21,178 nt of DNA from Nanobdellota archaeon (GTDB taxonomy: Archaea > Aenigmatarchaeota > Aenigmatarchaeia > QMZP01): positions 1-21,178 of the forward strand of contig JBDRJQ010000039.1 of NCBI GenBank assembly GCA_043814765.1, given 5' to 3'. Made by a program: the position numbers and the translations under genes. The first letter of the stretch is position 1; every line of letters begins with the position of its first letter. A model generated the notes under the pieces. That model worked only from the letters and a program-made list of their open reading frames with translations, did no database searches and was not told where the DNA came from. Shown here piece by piece: positions 1 to 8,038 of this stretch.

Positions 1-558
1 ATGAAAGAGCTAATGGAATTTGCAGATAAGATAAAGGATAAAGAGCTGAAGGGGAAAGTAATTGAAATTCTTAAGCATCCTGCTCTTTCACATAAAGGAA
101 TAAAGATAAAACCAGTTAAGTATGAAGATTCTCCTGGATCAATAAACTGGCATCATGTTAAGACAGGCGGTCTTATAGAGCACACATATTCTGTCGTAAA
201 GAACTGCATTGAGATTGCAGAGAACCTCAAAAAGGTATACAAGCATGAAATTGATATGGATGTTTTAATCGCTTCCGCATTGGTTCATGATATAGGAAAA
301 CTCTGGACATTCCAGCGCGGAGCAAGCGGCACATGGGAACCAACAGAAATTTTTTTGGATCACTCGTTTTTGGGCGTATCAGAGCTCTATTCTAGAGGCT
401 TTCCAGAAACTATTTTACACTGCGTGGCTTCACATTTTGGTGAAAACGGGCCAACACCCCCAAGAACAATGGAAGCAATTCTTCTGCATATGGTAGATAA
501 TATGGACGCTACATTAGGCGCCATGAGCAAGGAAAACTTGCTGCATCTGATGGGCTAG
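1..558 (+). CDS. HD-domain phosphohydrolase, MptB (MJ0837)/YhaM-like
   Basis: Motifs SPGSINWHH..GGLIEHTYSV, LVHDIGK, DH, SHFG and EAILLHMVDNMDA. These are typical HD metal ligands and resemble archaeal dihydroneopterin 2',3'-cyclic phosphate phosphodiesterase as recalled. Confidence 0.8.
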   Translation: MKELMEFADKIKDKELKGKVIEILKHPALSHKGIKIKPVKYEDSPGSINWHHVKTGGLIEHTYSVVKNCIEIAENLKKVYKHEIDMDVLIASALVHDIGKLWTFQRGASGTWEPTEIFLDHSFLGVSELYSRGFPETILHCVASHFGENGPTPPRTMEAILLHMVDNMDATLGAMSKENLLHLMG

Positions 559-586
559 CTGGCATGAAATTAGTGTTATAGTCATA

Positions 587-934
587 TTATTCACCACTTT
601 CTTTCTTCATGCTCCTTGATTTCATTTTTCTTTTATATGACAAAAGTAGCTGTTCAGAGTAATTGCCCATTTCTAATGCCAATGTTTCAACTTGAATCTT
701 TATGTCTGGATTTTCAGTTCCTTTAGGCATGTCAAATTCATACTTCAGGGCTATATCAGACATCAAACATATAATATCTCCGTAAAGGCTAAATGCATGG
801 CTTTCTGAATCTAAATCATCAAGAGCAGCATCAAAAACACCTTTATAGATAAATCTAAGTGTATCTAAATGTTTCATCTGCTCTGTATAAGGAAGGTTTT
901 CAAACCCTTCTGAAACGCTTCTATCTATACGCAT
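587..934 (-). CDS. hypothetical protein (115 aa)
   Basis: Fills the gap between genes. GGTGA SD at 939-943 and AAAAACCTTTATAAAC promoter at 965-980, both on the minus strand. No recognisable motif. Confidence 0.7.
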   Translation of the reverse strand: MRIDRSVSEGFENLPYTEQMKHLDTLRFIYKGVFDAALDDLDSESHAFSLYGDIICLMSDIALKYEFDMPKGTENPDIKIQVETLALEMGNYSEQLLLSYKRKMKSRSMKKESGE

Positions 935-935
935 T

Positions 936-1024
936 TTGTCACCTTATAATAGTGACAATTAATAGTTTATAAAGGTTTTTTGAGCTCAAACACAAACTAT
1001 TGAATATTCAAGATATATTCAATA
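936..1024. promoter_or_regulatory. divergent promoter region with clustered palindromes
   Basis: TTGTCAC-N9-GTGACAA (936-958), TTTGAGCTCAAA (979-990), TTGAATATTCAA (1000-1011), TATTGAATAT-N7-ATATTCAATA (998-1024), and a minus-strand TATA at 965-980. Confidence 0.55.
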
Positions 1025-1091
1025 TTATCACATATCCTGTAATATTTCCATACGGATTAGCGATAATAACCCTCTTCTTAACAATTATTTA

Positions 1092-1556
1092 ATGTCAGAA
1101 GAAAAACATGCAGTCAGGGCAATAATCGAGGATATTGAGAGCAGATTGTTGTTGGTGCGCAGGCTTTCCCATGAAAAACATTATGCTAATTTTTATGAGC
1201 TGCCGGGCGGAAAGCTCGATAATGAAGACTTCTTGGATGAATCGGGAAATGAAGTCAATCTTGAAGAGGCATTGAAGACCGCAATAAAAAGAGAGGTTGC
1301 TGAGGAAACCGGTCTGGAAATAGAGCCTGATATCTACAAAAGAATGTTTGTCAATACCATATACGATCTTAATGTGCATTATTTTGTATGTGAGGTATCC
1401 GGAGGATATCTTGACATAAACCCAGAAGAAGTCCAGCCGAACAGCCAATATTATTTTTCGAGAGAAGAAGTAGATAAAATAATAAAGGAAGGCAAAATGG
1501 CGTTTGAAATGGGAAGCGTGATGGAAGAATATTTCAGAGAAAGATTTGGTATGTGA
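1092..1556 (+). CDS. NUDIX hydrolase
   Basis: LLLVRR...ELPGGKLD...REVAEETGL Nudix box, with an insertion between GG and RE. Confidence 0.9.
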   Translation: MSEEKHAVRAIIEDIESRLLLVRRLSHEKHYANFYELPGGKLDNEDFLDESGNEVNLEEALKTAIKREVAEETGLEIEPDIYKRMFVNTIYDLNVHYFVCEVSGGYLDINPEEVQPNSQYYFSREEVDKIIKEGKMAFEMGSVMEEYFRERFGM

Positions 1557-1560
1557 TATT

Positions 1561-1815
1561 ATGATAGAGAGAATGTGTATACACCATGCAGAATTTATAG
1601 CAAGAAGCTGTTGTGATTCCAACAGCCTTTTAGAAGCACACAATTATGTAGATTTTTATGAATGCAGAGTGTGCGGCAGTGTTTTTTACTACAATCACGG
1701 CGAGTCTTCGCCAGAAAGAAGATACTACGAGGGGACTCTTACTTCTGAAAAGATCAAGAAGATTATCCCAGAATTGGAATATCAGCAGGCACTTGGCGTA
1801 GTGCAGGGAGTCTAA
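1561..1815 (+). CDS. small hypothetical protein, possible Zn-binding
   Basis: CxH near the N-terminus plus CRVCG. Follows the NUDIX stop closely. The start could be 1546, 1561 or 1573. Confidence 0.55.
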   Translation: MIERMCIHHAEFIARSCCDSNSLLEAHNYVDFYECRVCGSVFYYNHGESSPERRYYEGTLTSEKIKKIIPELEYQQALGVVQGV

Positions 1816-1872
1816 AGGTGTTATTTTTGACCAGGATGGGACATTATTATATCATAAATACAAAAAATAAAC

Positions 1873-2496
1873 ATGACTCTTTATAAGAAGCGTGAGAAAT
1901 TTTCGGGCATGTCTATAAAAATTGGTATTATTTTTAGCAAGTTCGGTCTGTCACCAAATGCCTGGACAGGCATATCACTCATACCAGCTATTGTCGCAGT
2001 CTGGTTCTTAATGCAGGCTAATTTCCTCGTAGCAGCACTTCTGTTCATTGTTTCAGCCTTCATAGACTTGATAGACGGATCAGTTGCCCGGGTAACTGGC
2101 AGGACATCATTGCTTGGAGCGTATCTTGACACTGTGGTGGACAGGTATGTTGAAGCTATCATTATATTCGGTCTTCTGTTTGCGTCGTTGCCTGCACTCG
2201 CCATACCAGCTACAAGCATAGTCATACCGGCTTCTGCACTGATATTCCTGTTTTTCTTCGGCGGTCTGATGACCACATACGTCAAAGCTGCAGCCAAGGA
2301 GAAGGGTTTAGTAGAAAAGGAACTTAAAGGCGGGCTTCTGGAGCGTGCTGAGAGGCTGATGCTTCTGTTCGTGGGCATTCTGCTTGCAGCGGTAAACCCC
2401 TTATACCTGACTTACATGCTTTTCATACTTGTAATACTAACAAACATATCTGCACTGCAAAGAATTAGGATTGCAGCAAAGAACAGAATACAATAA
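1873..2496 (+). CDS. CDP-alcohol phosphatidyltransferase (archaetidylinositol-phosphate synthase/PgsA-like)
   Basis: Signature DLIDGSVARVTGRTSLLGAYLDTVVDR (DxxDGxxAR...GxxxDxxxD), SPNxxT, and multiple TM helices. Confidence 0.93.
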   Translation: MTLYKKREKFSGMSIKIGIIFSKFGLSPNAWTGISLIPAIVAVWFLMQANFLVAALLFIVSAFIDLIDGSVARVTGRTSLLGAYLDTVVDRYVEAIIIFGLLFASLPALAIPATSIVIPASALIFLFFFGGLMTTYVKAAAKEKGLVEKELKGGLLERAERLMLLFVGILLAAVNPLYLTYMLFILVILTNISALQRIRIAAKNRIQ

Positions 2497-2520
2497 AAGC
2501 TGCAAAAACAATCTTATTCT

Positions 2521-3438
2521 ATGATAGAAACATCCAAAATTGTCTGGACAAAATGCATAGAACTTCAGCCGGACGAGCTTCCAATGGTTGTTTATGACAA
2601 CGATAAAAAAGAGATAGCGCAGGCTTTGGCCAATGTTGCCAAGGCAATATCTGGAAGATGTGAATTGGTTCTGATGCCCAAAACCACCAGGAACGGTGAA
2701 GAACCGCCTGAAGATATAAAAATGAAAATGCAAGAGGCAGATGCTGTGGTTGCATCAACCACTTTTTCATTGACGCATACAGATGCTGTGCAGTCTGCAC
2801 TGAAAAGATCCACAAGAATAATAACAATGCCCGGCATAACAAAAGATATTTTCTTGCGTGCAATTCCGATCGATTATGACAAATTAAGACACAGAAACAT
2901 TTTACTGGCTAAAAAGCTTCAGGGAAAAGAGTTTCATATAGAAACAAAGGCAGGAACTGATTTGATTATTTTTAGAGGAAACAGGGAAGTCATGACAAAC
3001 ACCGGAATTTTAGCATATTCTGTAAGAAAGCTGGAGAACCTTCCAGCAGGAGAAGTGTTTTTTGCTCCGCTAGAAAAAAAGTCAGAAGGCAGGATAGTAA
3101 TCGATGGATCAAGTGTCGGCGGCGCAGTAAAGAGACCGTTTAAAATAATCGTTGAGAACGGTGAGATGGTTGACTGTGAAAACAAGAATTTGTGGAAAAT
3201 ATTGACTAGCATAGAAAACGGAGTTAACCTTGCAGAGTTAGGAATAGGAACTAATCCAAAAGCCCAGATTACTGGAGTCATACTGGAAGATGAAAAGGTT
3301 CAGGGAACTGCTCATATAGCGTTCGGAACCAACAAATCAATGGGCGGATTAATTCAGACCAGCGTGCATATAGACTCAATATTCAAGAAACCAATTATTT
3401 CTGTAGATGGCAAAATAGTGCTGCATGGCACCTTTTAG
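2521..3438 (+). CDS. aminopeptidase, M29/thermophilic metalloprotease-like
   Basis: Motifs NLPAGEVFFAP, AELGIGTNPKA, LEDEKVQGTAHIAFG and HID. Confidence 0.88.
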   Translation: MIETSKIVWTKCIELQPDELPMVVYDNDKKEIAQALANVAKAISGRCELVLMPKTTRNGEEPPEDIKMKMQEADAVVASTTFSLTHTDAVQSALKRSTRIITMPGITKDIFLRAIPIDYDKLRHRNILLAKKLQGKEFHIETKAGTDLIIFRGNREVMTNTGILAYSVRKLENLPAGEVFFAPLEKKSEGRIVIDGSSVGGAVKRPFKIIVENGEMVDCENKNLWKILTSIENGVNLAELGIGTNPKAQITGVILEDEKVQGTAHIAFGTNKSMGGLIQTSVHIDSIFKKPIISVDGKIVLHGTF

Positions 3439-3444
3439 GATAGC

Positions 3445-3457
3445 AAACCTTTATAAG
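3445..3457 (+). promoter_or_regulatory. archaeal BRE/TATA promoter
   Basis: AAACCTTTATAAG about 25 nt upstream of ATG 3481. Confidence 0.6.
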
Positions 3458-3480
3458 CAAGCTTGCATGTATTCTTGAGG

Positions 3481-3990
3481 ATGGCAATCAATACGACAAG
3501 CCCGATTGAGCAATTCAGGATTGAGACAAGAAAATTCATAGAATCTATGCCTGACCTAGATTTTAATAGAGTCATCTATGGAAAAACAGACTATGGTTAT
3601 TCTGAAGGCATAGTATTGCTGCCTTTCAAGGATATGGTGTACTATGATGATCTCAGAACAATAGCAGATTACATAAAAAGGGTTGTTTTTCTATACACAG
3701 GTGAAGAACAGAAACATGTAGATCCAGAAATACCTGCTCAAAACATGATAATTAAAATAAAGAATATTGATGCCGGAAATAATGGAAACGGAACAAATTA
3801 TAAGATTATAAGAAGCGAAAAGACTCCATTAGAGATAGCTGAAATCATTTCTGAAGAAGGGATTGGTACTGAATTGTTTGATGCAGTTTACATAGAAATG
3901 CATCCTCTCTGCCAGCACAGGCCAGGGACATTGAGATTCTTTGCAAGAAATCTTAGAAGGGAACATAGAAACATGTTAGAAGAATATTAG
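3481..3990 (+). CDS. hypothetical protein (about 169 aa)
   Basis: Open frame with protein-like composition. ATG 3481 fits the TATA spacing better than the track start at 3463. Converges on the MgtE-like gene. Confidence 0.7.
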   Translation: MAINTTSPIEQFRIETRKFIESMPDLDFNRVIYGKTDYGYSEGIVLLPFKDMVYYDDLRTIADYIKRVVFLYTGEEQKHVDPEIPAQNMIIKIKNIDAGNNGNGTNYKIIRSEKTPLEIAEIISEEGIGTELFDAVYIEMHPLCQHRPGTLRFFARNLRREHRNMLEEY

Positions 3991-4796
3991 AAGAGTAAAA
4001 TTATCAACGTGAATAGAATCAACATGTTTCCAAAATCAGCGATTGTTGTTGTAATTGGCACCAAAAAATTGTCAGGATCTTCATGTTTTTTATGAAAATA
4101 TGCCCCAAGTGATATAGACACGACGGATATTATCATTATCAGTATAGCCGTATCGAGTATGCATATCATGAATATCTTTATTACTATGGAAGAATCTATA
4201 GCGAATCCCATTAAAGCTGATATTAAGAGTGATGAGAATGATAACAGGGTAGCAGTTATCATGGAAAGCATGAATATCTGAACTATTACTTTTCTTATTT
4301 TTGAGTCAAACCACCACTTGTGCAGTACTGTCCCTTTATGCAGCATTGTAGTAAATCTTGCTGATAAGACAGTGCCATAATTGCCAAGCATGCCGTTAAG
4401 AGCTGGCAATATGATAATCAGGGGCAGTATCACAATTAAGCTGTCTTTTATGCTTTCTATTAAAATGCCACCAACAGAACCCACCAAAGCAACCATTATC
4501 AAAATTCTGAGACTTTCCTTAATTATAGTCTTCGAAACATTCGCCTTTGGATTATCGTATTCTTTTGTGTAATACGGTTTCTTTTTCATGGAGAGGTACT
4601 TATGATGAAGACCGTATGCTATATGTTCTTCTTCCTTTTTCATTTGCTTTTTTGGCATTCCCATTTTTTTGAGTTTGTCATGCTCTTTCTTCATATCCAC
4701 GAACGTCTTGGGAATATTCTCCATGTACGTGTGAGGACGATTGTTATTGCTATTGTTTTTCAAAAATTTCTTTTTTGGTTTGCTTTTTACGTTCAT
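3987..4796 (-). CDS. MgtE/SLC41-type divalent cation transporter membrane domain with Lys/His-rich N-terminal extension
   Basis: Motifs PALNGMLGN (Px6GN) and DPDNFLVPITTTIAD (PDx4Px6D), about five TM helices, and an ATGA overlap with the upstream paralog. Confidence 0.88.
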   Translation of the reverse strand: MNVKSKPKKKFLKNNSNNNRPHTYMENIPKTFVDMKKEHDKLKKMGMPKKQMKKEEEHIAYGLHHKYLSMKKKPYYTKEYDNPKANVSKTIIKESLRILIMVALVGSVGGILIESIKDSLIVILPLIIILPALNGMLGNYGTVLSARFTTMLHKGTVLHKWWFDSKIRKVIVQIFMLSMITATLLSFSSLLISALMGFAIDSSIVIKIFMICILDTAILIMIISVVSISLGAYFHKKHEDPDNFLVPITTTIADFGNMLILFTLIILLF

Positions 4797-5350
4797 AATA
4801 TCGACAATATTAAAATTGAAGCAAGTAAAGAAAGTATGCTGACGACGTCTCCTGTCATTGATACAAGAGGTCCCATTACATTGTCAGGACATACTTCCTC
4901 TCTGAAAAATCTGAAAGTCAGAAATGTTGCAAGAGGTATTTCTATTATGTTGGCTATTATGACGGCTAGCAATGCTATGAATATTATCTTGAAGAATAAT
5001 ACACCAAAAACAAAATAATTAACAAAAAAAGCTGTCATGCCTAGTATTATTGATATAAATATGGCTAATGAAAAGGCTGCTATTATATTTCCTCTCACAA
5101 TTCTGTTTTTCCATGTCTTTCTGGGGTTTATTACACCAAGCATCAAGCCAGAGCTTAGCCTTGATGTCAATGAGCCTACTATATTTCCACGCATAGCGAA
5201 AAATCCTGGTAGTATTACGAAAATGCCTGGAATAAGCAATATTTGGTCTGTGAATACAGCAAGCAAAGTACCGGCAAGCAGACCGCCGATGACAGCAAGG
5301 ACCTGCCAATAAAGCGTCTGGCTGAAGTCGCTGTCAAAAATGTTTCTCAT
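4793..5350 (-). CDS. MgtE/SLC41-type divalent cation transporter membrane domain
   Basis: Motifs PGFFAMRGN..SRLSSGL and PDNVMGPLVSMTGD. ATG 5350 is preferred to TTG 5356. Confidence 0.88.
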   Translation of the reverse strand: MRNIFDSDFSQTLYWQVLAVIGGLLAGTLLAVFTDQILLIPGIFVILPGFFAMRGNIVGSLTSRLSSGLMLGVINPRKTWKNRIVRGNIIAAFSLAIFISIILGMTAFFVNYFVFGVLFFKIIFIALLAVIIANIIEIPLATFLTFRFFREEVCPDNVMGPLVSMTGDVVSILSLLASILILSIL

Positions 5351-5412
5351 AAACAATTATTGTTCTGGCTGGTATTAATTGGTTATTTAAAATTTATTTT
5401 CCATTTATTTTC

Positions 5413-6840
5413 ATGGAAAGAACTAAACCAAAGCCTCTCGATAATAAAAATTTGCCGCCATCAGAACTTGCGGCAAAAAGGTATGGAACACCGGAAATGG
5501 CAGAAATATGGGGGGCTGAAGGAACTTTTTCTTATATCCTTAATTCACAGGAAGTTTCTGTTCGTGTTATTTCTGAAAAACATCCTGAAATAGTTTCTGC
5601 TGAAGAAGCTAAAGAGATAAAAGAAGCTGCTAATCTTGACGTGATAGATCCAAACAGGATAAGAGAACTGGAGGAGAAAACCGGTCATGATGTCAATGCA
5701 ATAAATATTGCATTGGGAGAAGTTGTTAGTCCTGCAGCAGGAAGGCATATTAACAAGTTCCGGGCCAGTGCAGATTCAACAGAAACCGCAAAGGGCTTGC
5801 AACTAAGTGATGCTCTTTTAGTTATAGCAGATTCTATATCCAATCTAAGGGATATAACATTGGAAAGAACAATGGATTGGTTAAACATACCTTATATGGA
5901 TACATCACACCTTTATGACGCTTTACCAACTGTATTAGGAAGGCCTTTCTCGCATTACGCAGAAATGCTGCAAAGTAATCTTGATTTTATTGAATATGTC
6001 CTGAAGAATTCTTTATATGGAAAATGGGCGGATGCGACAGGCAATTATCATTCTTCAACCGCGTTCGGCATAGATGGAAGGGAGTTGGAAGATTTGTATT
6101 GTGAAACCCTTGGGCTGAATCACATGGATGCTCCTGCACAAGTACCGGGGCGTGAGTTCCTGGTTTATCCTGTATTTGCATTGTCAATAACGTCAGAAAC
6201 ACTGAACAACATGGCAAGATTCATTGCAATCAATAGAAGCGATGATACAGGCATTTTTGTTTATCCGAAAGGTAAAAAAGGTTCTTCTTCAATGCCGCAT
6301 AAAGACGCAAAGGGAGGAAACCCCACAGCAGAAGAACAGGTCATGTCATTTGCAAATTATATGAGAGGTGACATGACGACAGCTTTATGCTCTTGCGAAT
6401 TTCCATATGCAAGAAACCTTTCAGGATCAGCATCTGACAGAATAAATTTTGAAACTATGTTCAAATTCGGCGACCATGTGATAAGAAGGCTTGCAAAAGT
6501 CATGTATAGCATTGAGCCTGTAGAAGAAAGGTCTATTGAAAGAATAGAGAGGACATATGGAACTGTAACTTCTCAGCTGGTAAAAACCATGCTAACCGAA
6601 AGAGGGGAAGAATATTTAACCAATCAGGAAGCTGACAGGCTTGTGGCTGAATTAGCAACAATTGCATATGATTCCAAAACAAACTTCACTGATGTTTTGC
6701 TGGCTTCAGAAGAGATAACGTCAAGGTTTTCTGAAGATGAAATAAAAGGGATGAGCGATGCGTTTTCTTACATGGGCGAAAGCAAGTCAATAGTGCAAGA
6801 TGTCTTCAAAAAATACCACGGAAAGAGTTTCAATTATTAA
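5413..6840 (+). CDS. purB: divergent adenylosuccinate lyase (fumarase/aspartase superfamily)
   Basis: RYGTPEMAEIW, EEKTGHDVNA, catalytic-His region MDTSHLYDALPTVLG, and SS-loop GSSSMPHK...NP. Confidence 0.75.
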   Translation: MERTKPKPLDNKNLPPSELAAKRYGTPEMAEIWGAEGTFSYILNSQEVSVRVISEKHPEIVSAEEAKEIKEAANLDVIDPNRIRELEEKTGHDVNAINIALGEVVSPAAGRHINKFRASADSTETAKGLQLSDALLVIADSISNLRDITLERTMDWLNIPYMDTSHLYDALPTVLGRPFSHYAEMLQSNLDFIEYVLKNSLYGKWADATGNYHSSTAFGIDGRELEDLYCETLGLNHMDAPAQVPGREFLVYPVFALSITSETLNNMARFIAINRSDDTGIFVYPKGKKGSSSMPHKDAKGGNPTAEEQVMSFANYMRGDMTTALCSCEFPYARNLSGSASDRINFETMFKFGDHVIRRLAKVMYSIEPVEERSIERIERTYGTVTSQLVKTMLTERGEEYLTNQEADRLVAELATIAYDSKTNFTDVLLASEEITSRFSEDEIKGMSDAFSYMGESKSIVQDVFKKYHGKSFNY

Positions 6841-6887
6841 TTATTTTAAGAAATCAAAACAATATTTGGTAATATAAAGGAGGCAAT

Positions 6888-7127
6888 ATGACAAAACTTT
6901 TTGAAGAAATTAAAAAACAGACATTAACACTGGTTATTGCGGCATTCGGATTTGTTGCGGCACTGGTCTGGAAGGATGCAATAACAGAATGGCTAAAACC
7001 ACTATACGGAAGCGCTGAAGGACCACTAGGCTTAACAATTGCAGCATTTGTAGTAACAATTGTAGTTGTAATAGTCACAATAATGCTTGCAAAGCTTCTT
7101 GGACCAAAGAACGGAAACAGTAAATGA
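6888..7127 (+). CDS. DUF5654-family small membrane protein
   Basis: AAFGFVAALVWKDAI motif, two TM helices, and an AGGAGG SD upstream. Confidence 0.8.
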   Translation: MTKLFEEIKKQTLTLVIAAFGFVAALVWKDAITEWLKPLYGSAEGPLGLTIAAFVVTIVVVIVTIMLAKLLGPKNGNSK

Positions 7128-7150
7128 GCTTAGGCTCCTGTTTTATTTTA
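7126..7150 (+). terminator. short hairpin plus T-rich tract
   Basis: GAGC-TTAG-GCTC followed by CTGTTTTATTTTA right after the stop codon. Confidence 0.35.
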
Positions 7151-7160
7151 TCGCCCAATC

Positions 7161-7174
7161 AAAGCTTTTTATAA
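7161..7174 (+). promoter_or_regulatory. archaeal BRE/TATA promoter
   Basis: AAAGCTTTTTATAA about 25 nt upstream of ATG 7197. Confidence 0.6.
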
Positions 7175-7196
7175 TAACACAATTTAATTTTTTCTT

Positions 7197-7481
7197 ATGT
7201 GGAAAAAATTATCTAAAGAGGAGCAGGAAAGATATCACAGAAAATGGATCCGATCCATAATAAAGGATGAAACACCAAGCACTATTAAAAAGCATGTAAT
7301 AAAGCACTCCAAAGAAATCTACAAGAAAGAGCCTGCGAAATGGTCCGCCAGCATGCACAACTTGATTGATATATTTGATGAGATGTTTATTTCTAAACCT
7401 AAGATTGAAAATAAGTTGGAAAGGTTGGAAAATAAGTACAAGAAAAACCCAAGAAGGTACACGAAACCACTGGAAATCTAA
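7197..7481 (+). CDS. basic hypothetical protein (94 aa)
   Basis: Has its own TATA motif. Lys/Arg-rich and likely helical, with no recognisable family. Confidence 0.6.
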   Translation: MWKKLSKEEQERYHRKWIRSIIKDETPSTIKKHVIKHSKEIYKKEPAKWSASMHNLIDIFDEMFISKPKIENKLERLENKYKKNPRRYTKPLEI

Positions 7482-7492
7482 ATTCGTCCCAC

Positions 7493-7506
7493 AAAAGCTT
7501 TTTATA
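7493..7506 (+). promoter_or_regulatory. promoter of the abrB-like/tRNA-His/hisS unit
   Basis: AAAAGCTTTTTATA, the same motif as at 7161. No comparable motif seen between here and hisS. Confidence 0.6.
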
Positions 7507-7555
7507 CATACTAATTAACAGTATAACATAACTCTTGGTAGTGATTAGAAAGTTG

Positions 7556-7585
7556 GACGGCTTATATTATATGAAGCAAGCCGTC
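7556..7585 (+). promoter_or_regulatory. leader hairpin / inverted repeat
   Basis: GACGGCTT-N14-AAGCCGTC, a perfect 8-bp GC-rich stem in an AT-rich region. Confidence 0.6.
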
Positions 7586-7658
7586 GGAGTTTATATGAAA
7601 AGTGGTTTAGTTCATCAGAGATGAAGAAAGGCAAATTCTTAGTTCAACCACTAGAAAA

Positions 7659-7883
7659 TTGCGCATAGATTATAAGGGCAGAATTTCCATCCCCGCAGAC
7701 TTAAGGCGCTCGTTCGGTCTGAACGGAGAAGTATTTCTAGAATTTGATCTGAAAGAAGGAATAATTTTATTATATGGCCAGAGTGGTGTAGTGGCTAGCA
7801 TAAGAGACTGTGGATCTCTTGACGCGGGTTCAATTCCCGCCTTTGGCCCTAATCAAAAAAGAGGTGATATAGATGAAAGATGA
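7659..7883 (+). CDS. AbrB/MazE/SpoVT-family DNA-binding protein, C-terminus encoded by a tRNA-His gene
   Basis: RIDYKGRISIPADLRRSFGL..V.LEFD...IILL matches the swapped-hairpin motif (DxKGRIxIPxxxRxxLGL). TTG start is uncertain and the frame is open from 7611. Confidence 0.7.
   Translation: MRIDYKGRISIPADLRRSFGLNGEVFLEFDLKEGIILLYGQSGVVASIRDCGSLDAGSIPAFGPNQKRGDIDER
7776..7848 (+). tRNA. tRNA-His (GTG), with encoded G-1 and C73 and no encoded CCA
   Basis: Acceptor GCCAGAG/CTTTGGC, D stem GTGT/GCAT, anticodon arm AGAGA-CTGTGGA-TCTCT, T arm GCGGG-TTCAATT-CCCGC. G-1 (7776) and C73 (7848) form the His identity pair. Confidence 0.92.
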
Positions 7884-8038
7884 TTCAGTTCATTGAATAT
7901 AAAATAGAAGATATTCTCGACAGCTTCGATAAACCATACTATATGATAAAACCAGAGGATGTGGAAAATAAGTTCGGTAGATATGGTAGAGAATTGTTTG
8001 AGGATTATCTGATAGAAAATTTATTAGGAACTGGCTGA
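7880..8038 (+). CDS. small acidic hypothetical protein (52 aa, not in ORF track)
   Basis: MIQFIEYKIEDILDSFDKPYYMIKPEDVENKFGRYGRELFEDYLIENLLGTG*. ATGA overlap with the AbrB-like stop and GAGGTGA at 7861-7867. Confidence 0.55.
   Translation: MIQFIEYKIEDILDSFDKPYYMIKPEDVENKFGRYGRELFEDYLIENLLGTG

Noticed and set aside
1095..1643. 182-aa antisense ORF, and similarly 1881-2378, 8737-9255, 10817-11182 and 17354-17788
   Set aside because: They overlap well-supported genes on the opposite strand and have non-protein-like composition.
7776..7848. tRNA-His as attL/attR of an integrated element
   Set aside because: No second tRNA fragment or integrase is visible in the window, and a housekeeping gene follows.
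7659..8038. AbrB-like ORF plus 52-aa ORF as a MazEF/VapBC toxin-antitoxin pair
   Set aside because: The 52-aa ORF is too short and lacks PIN or MazF motifs.
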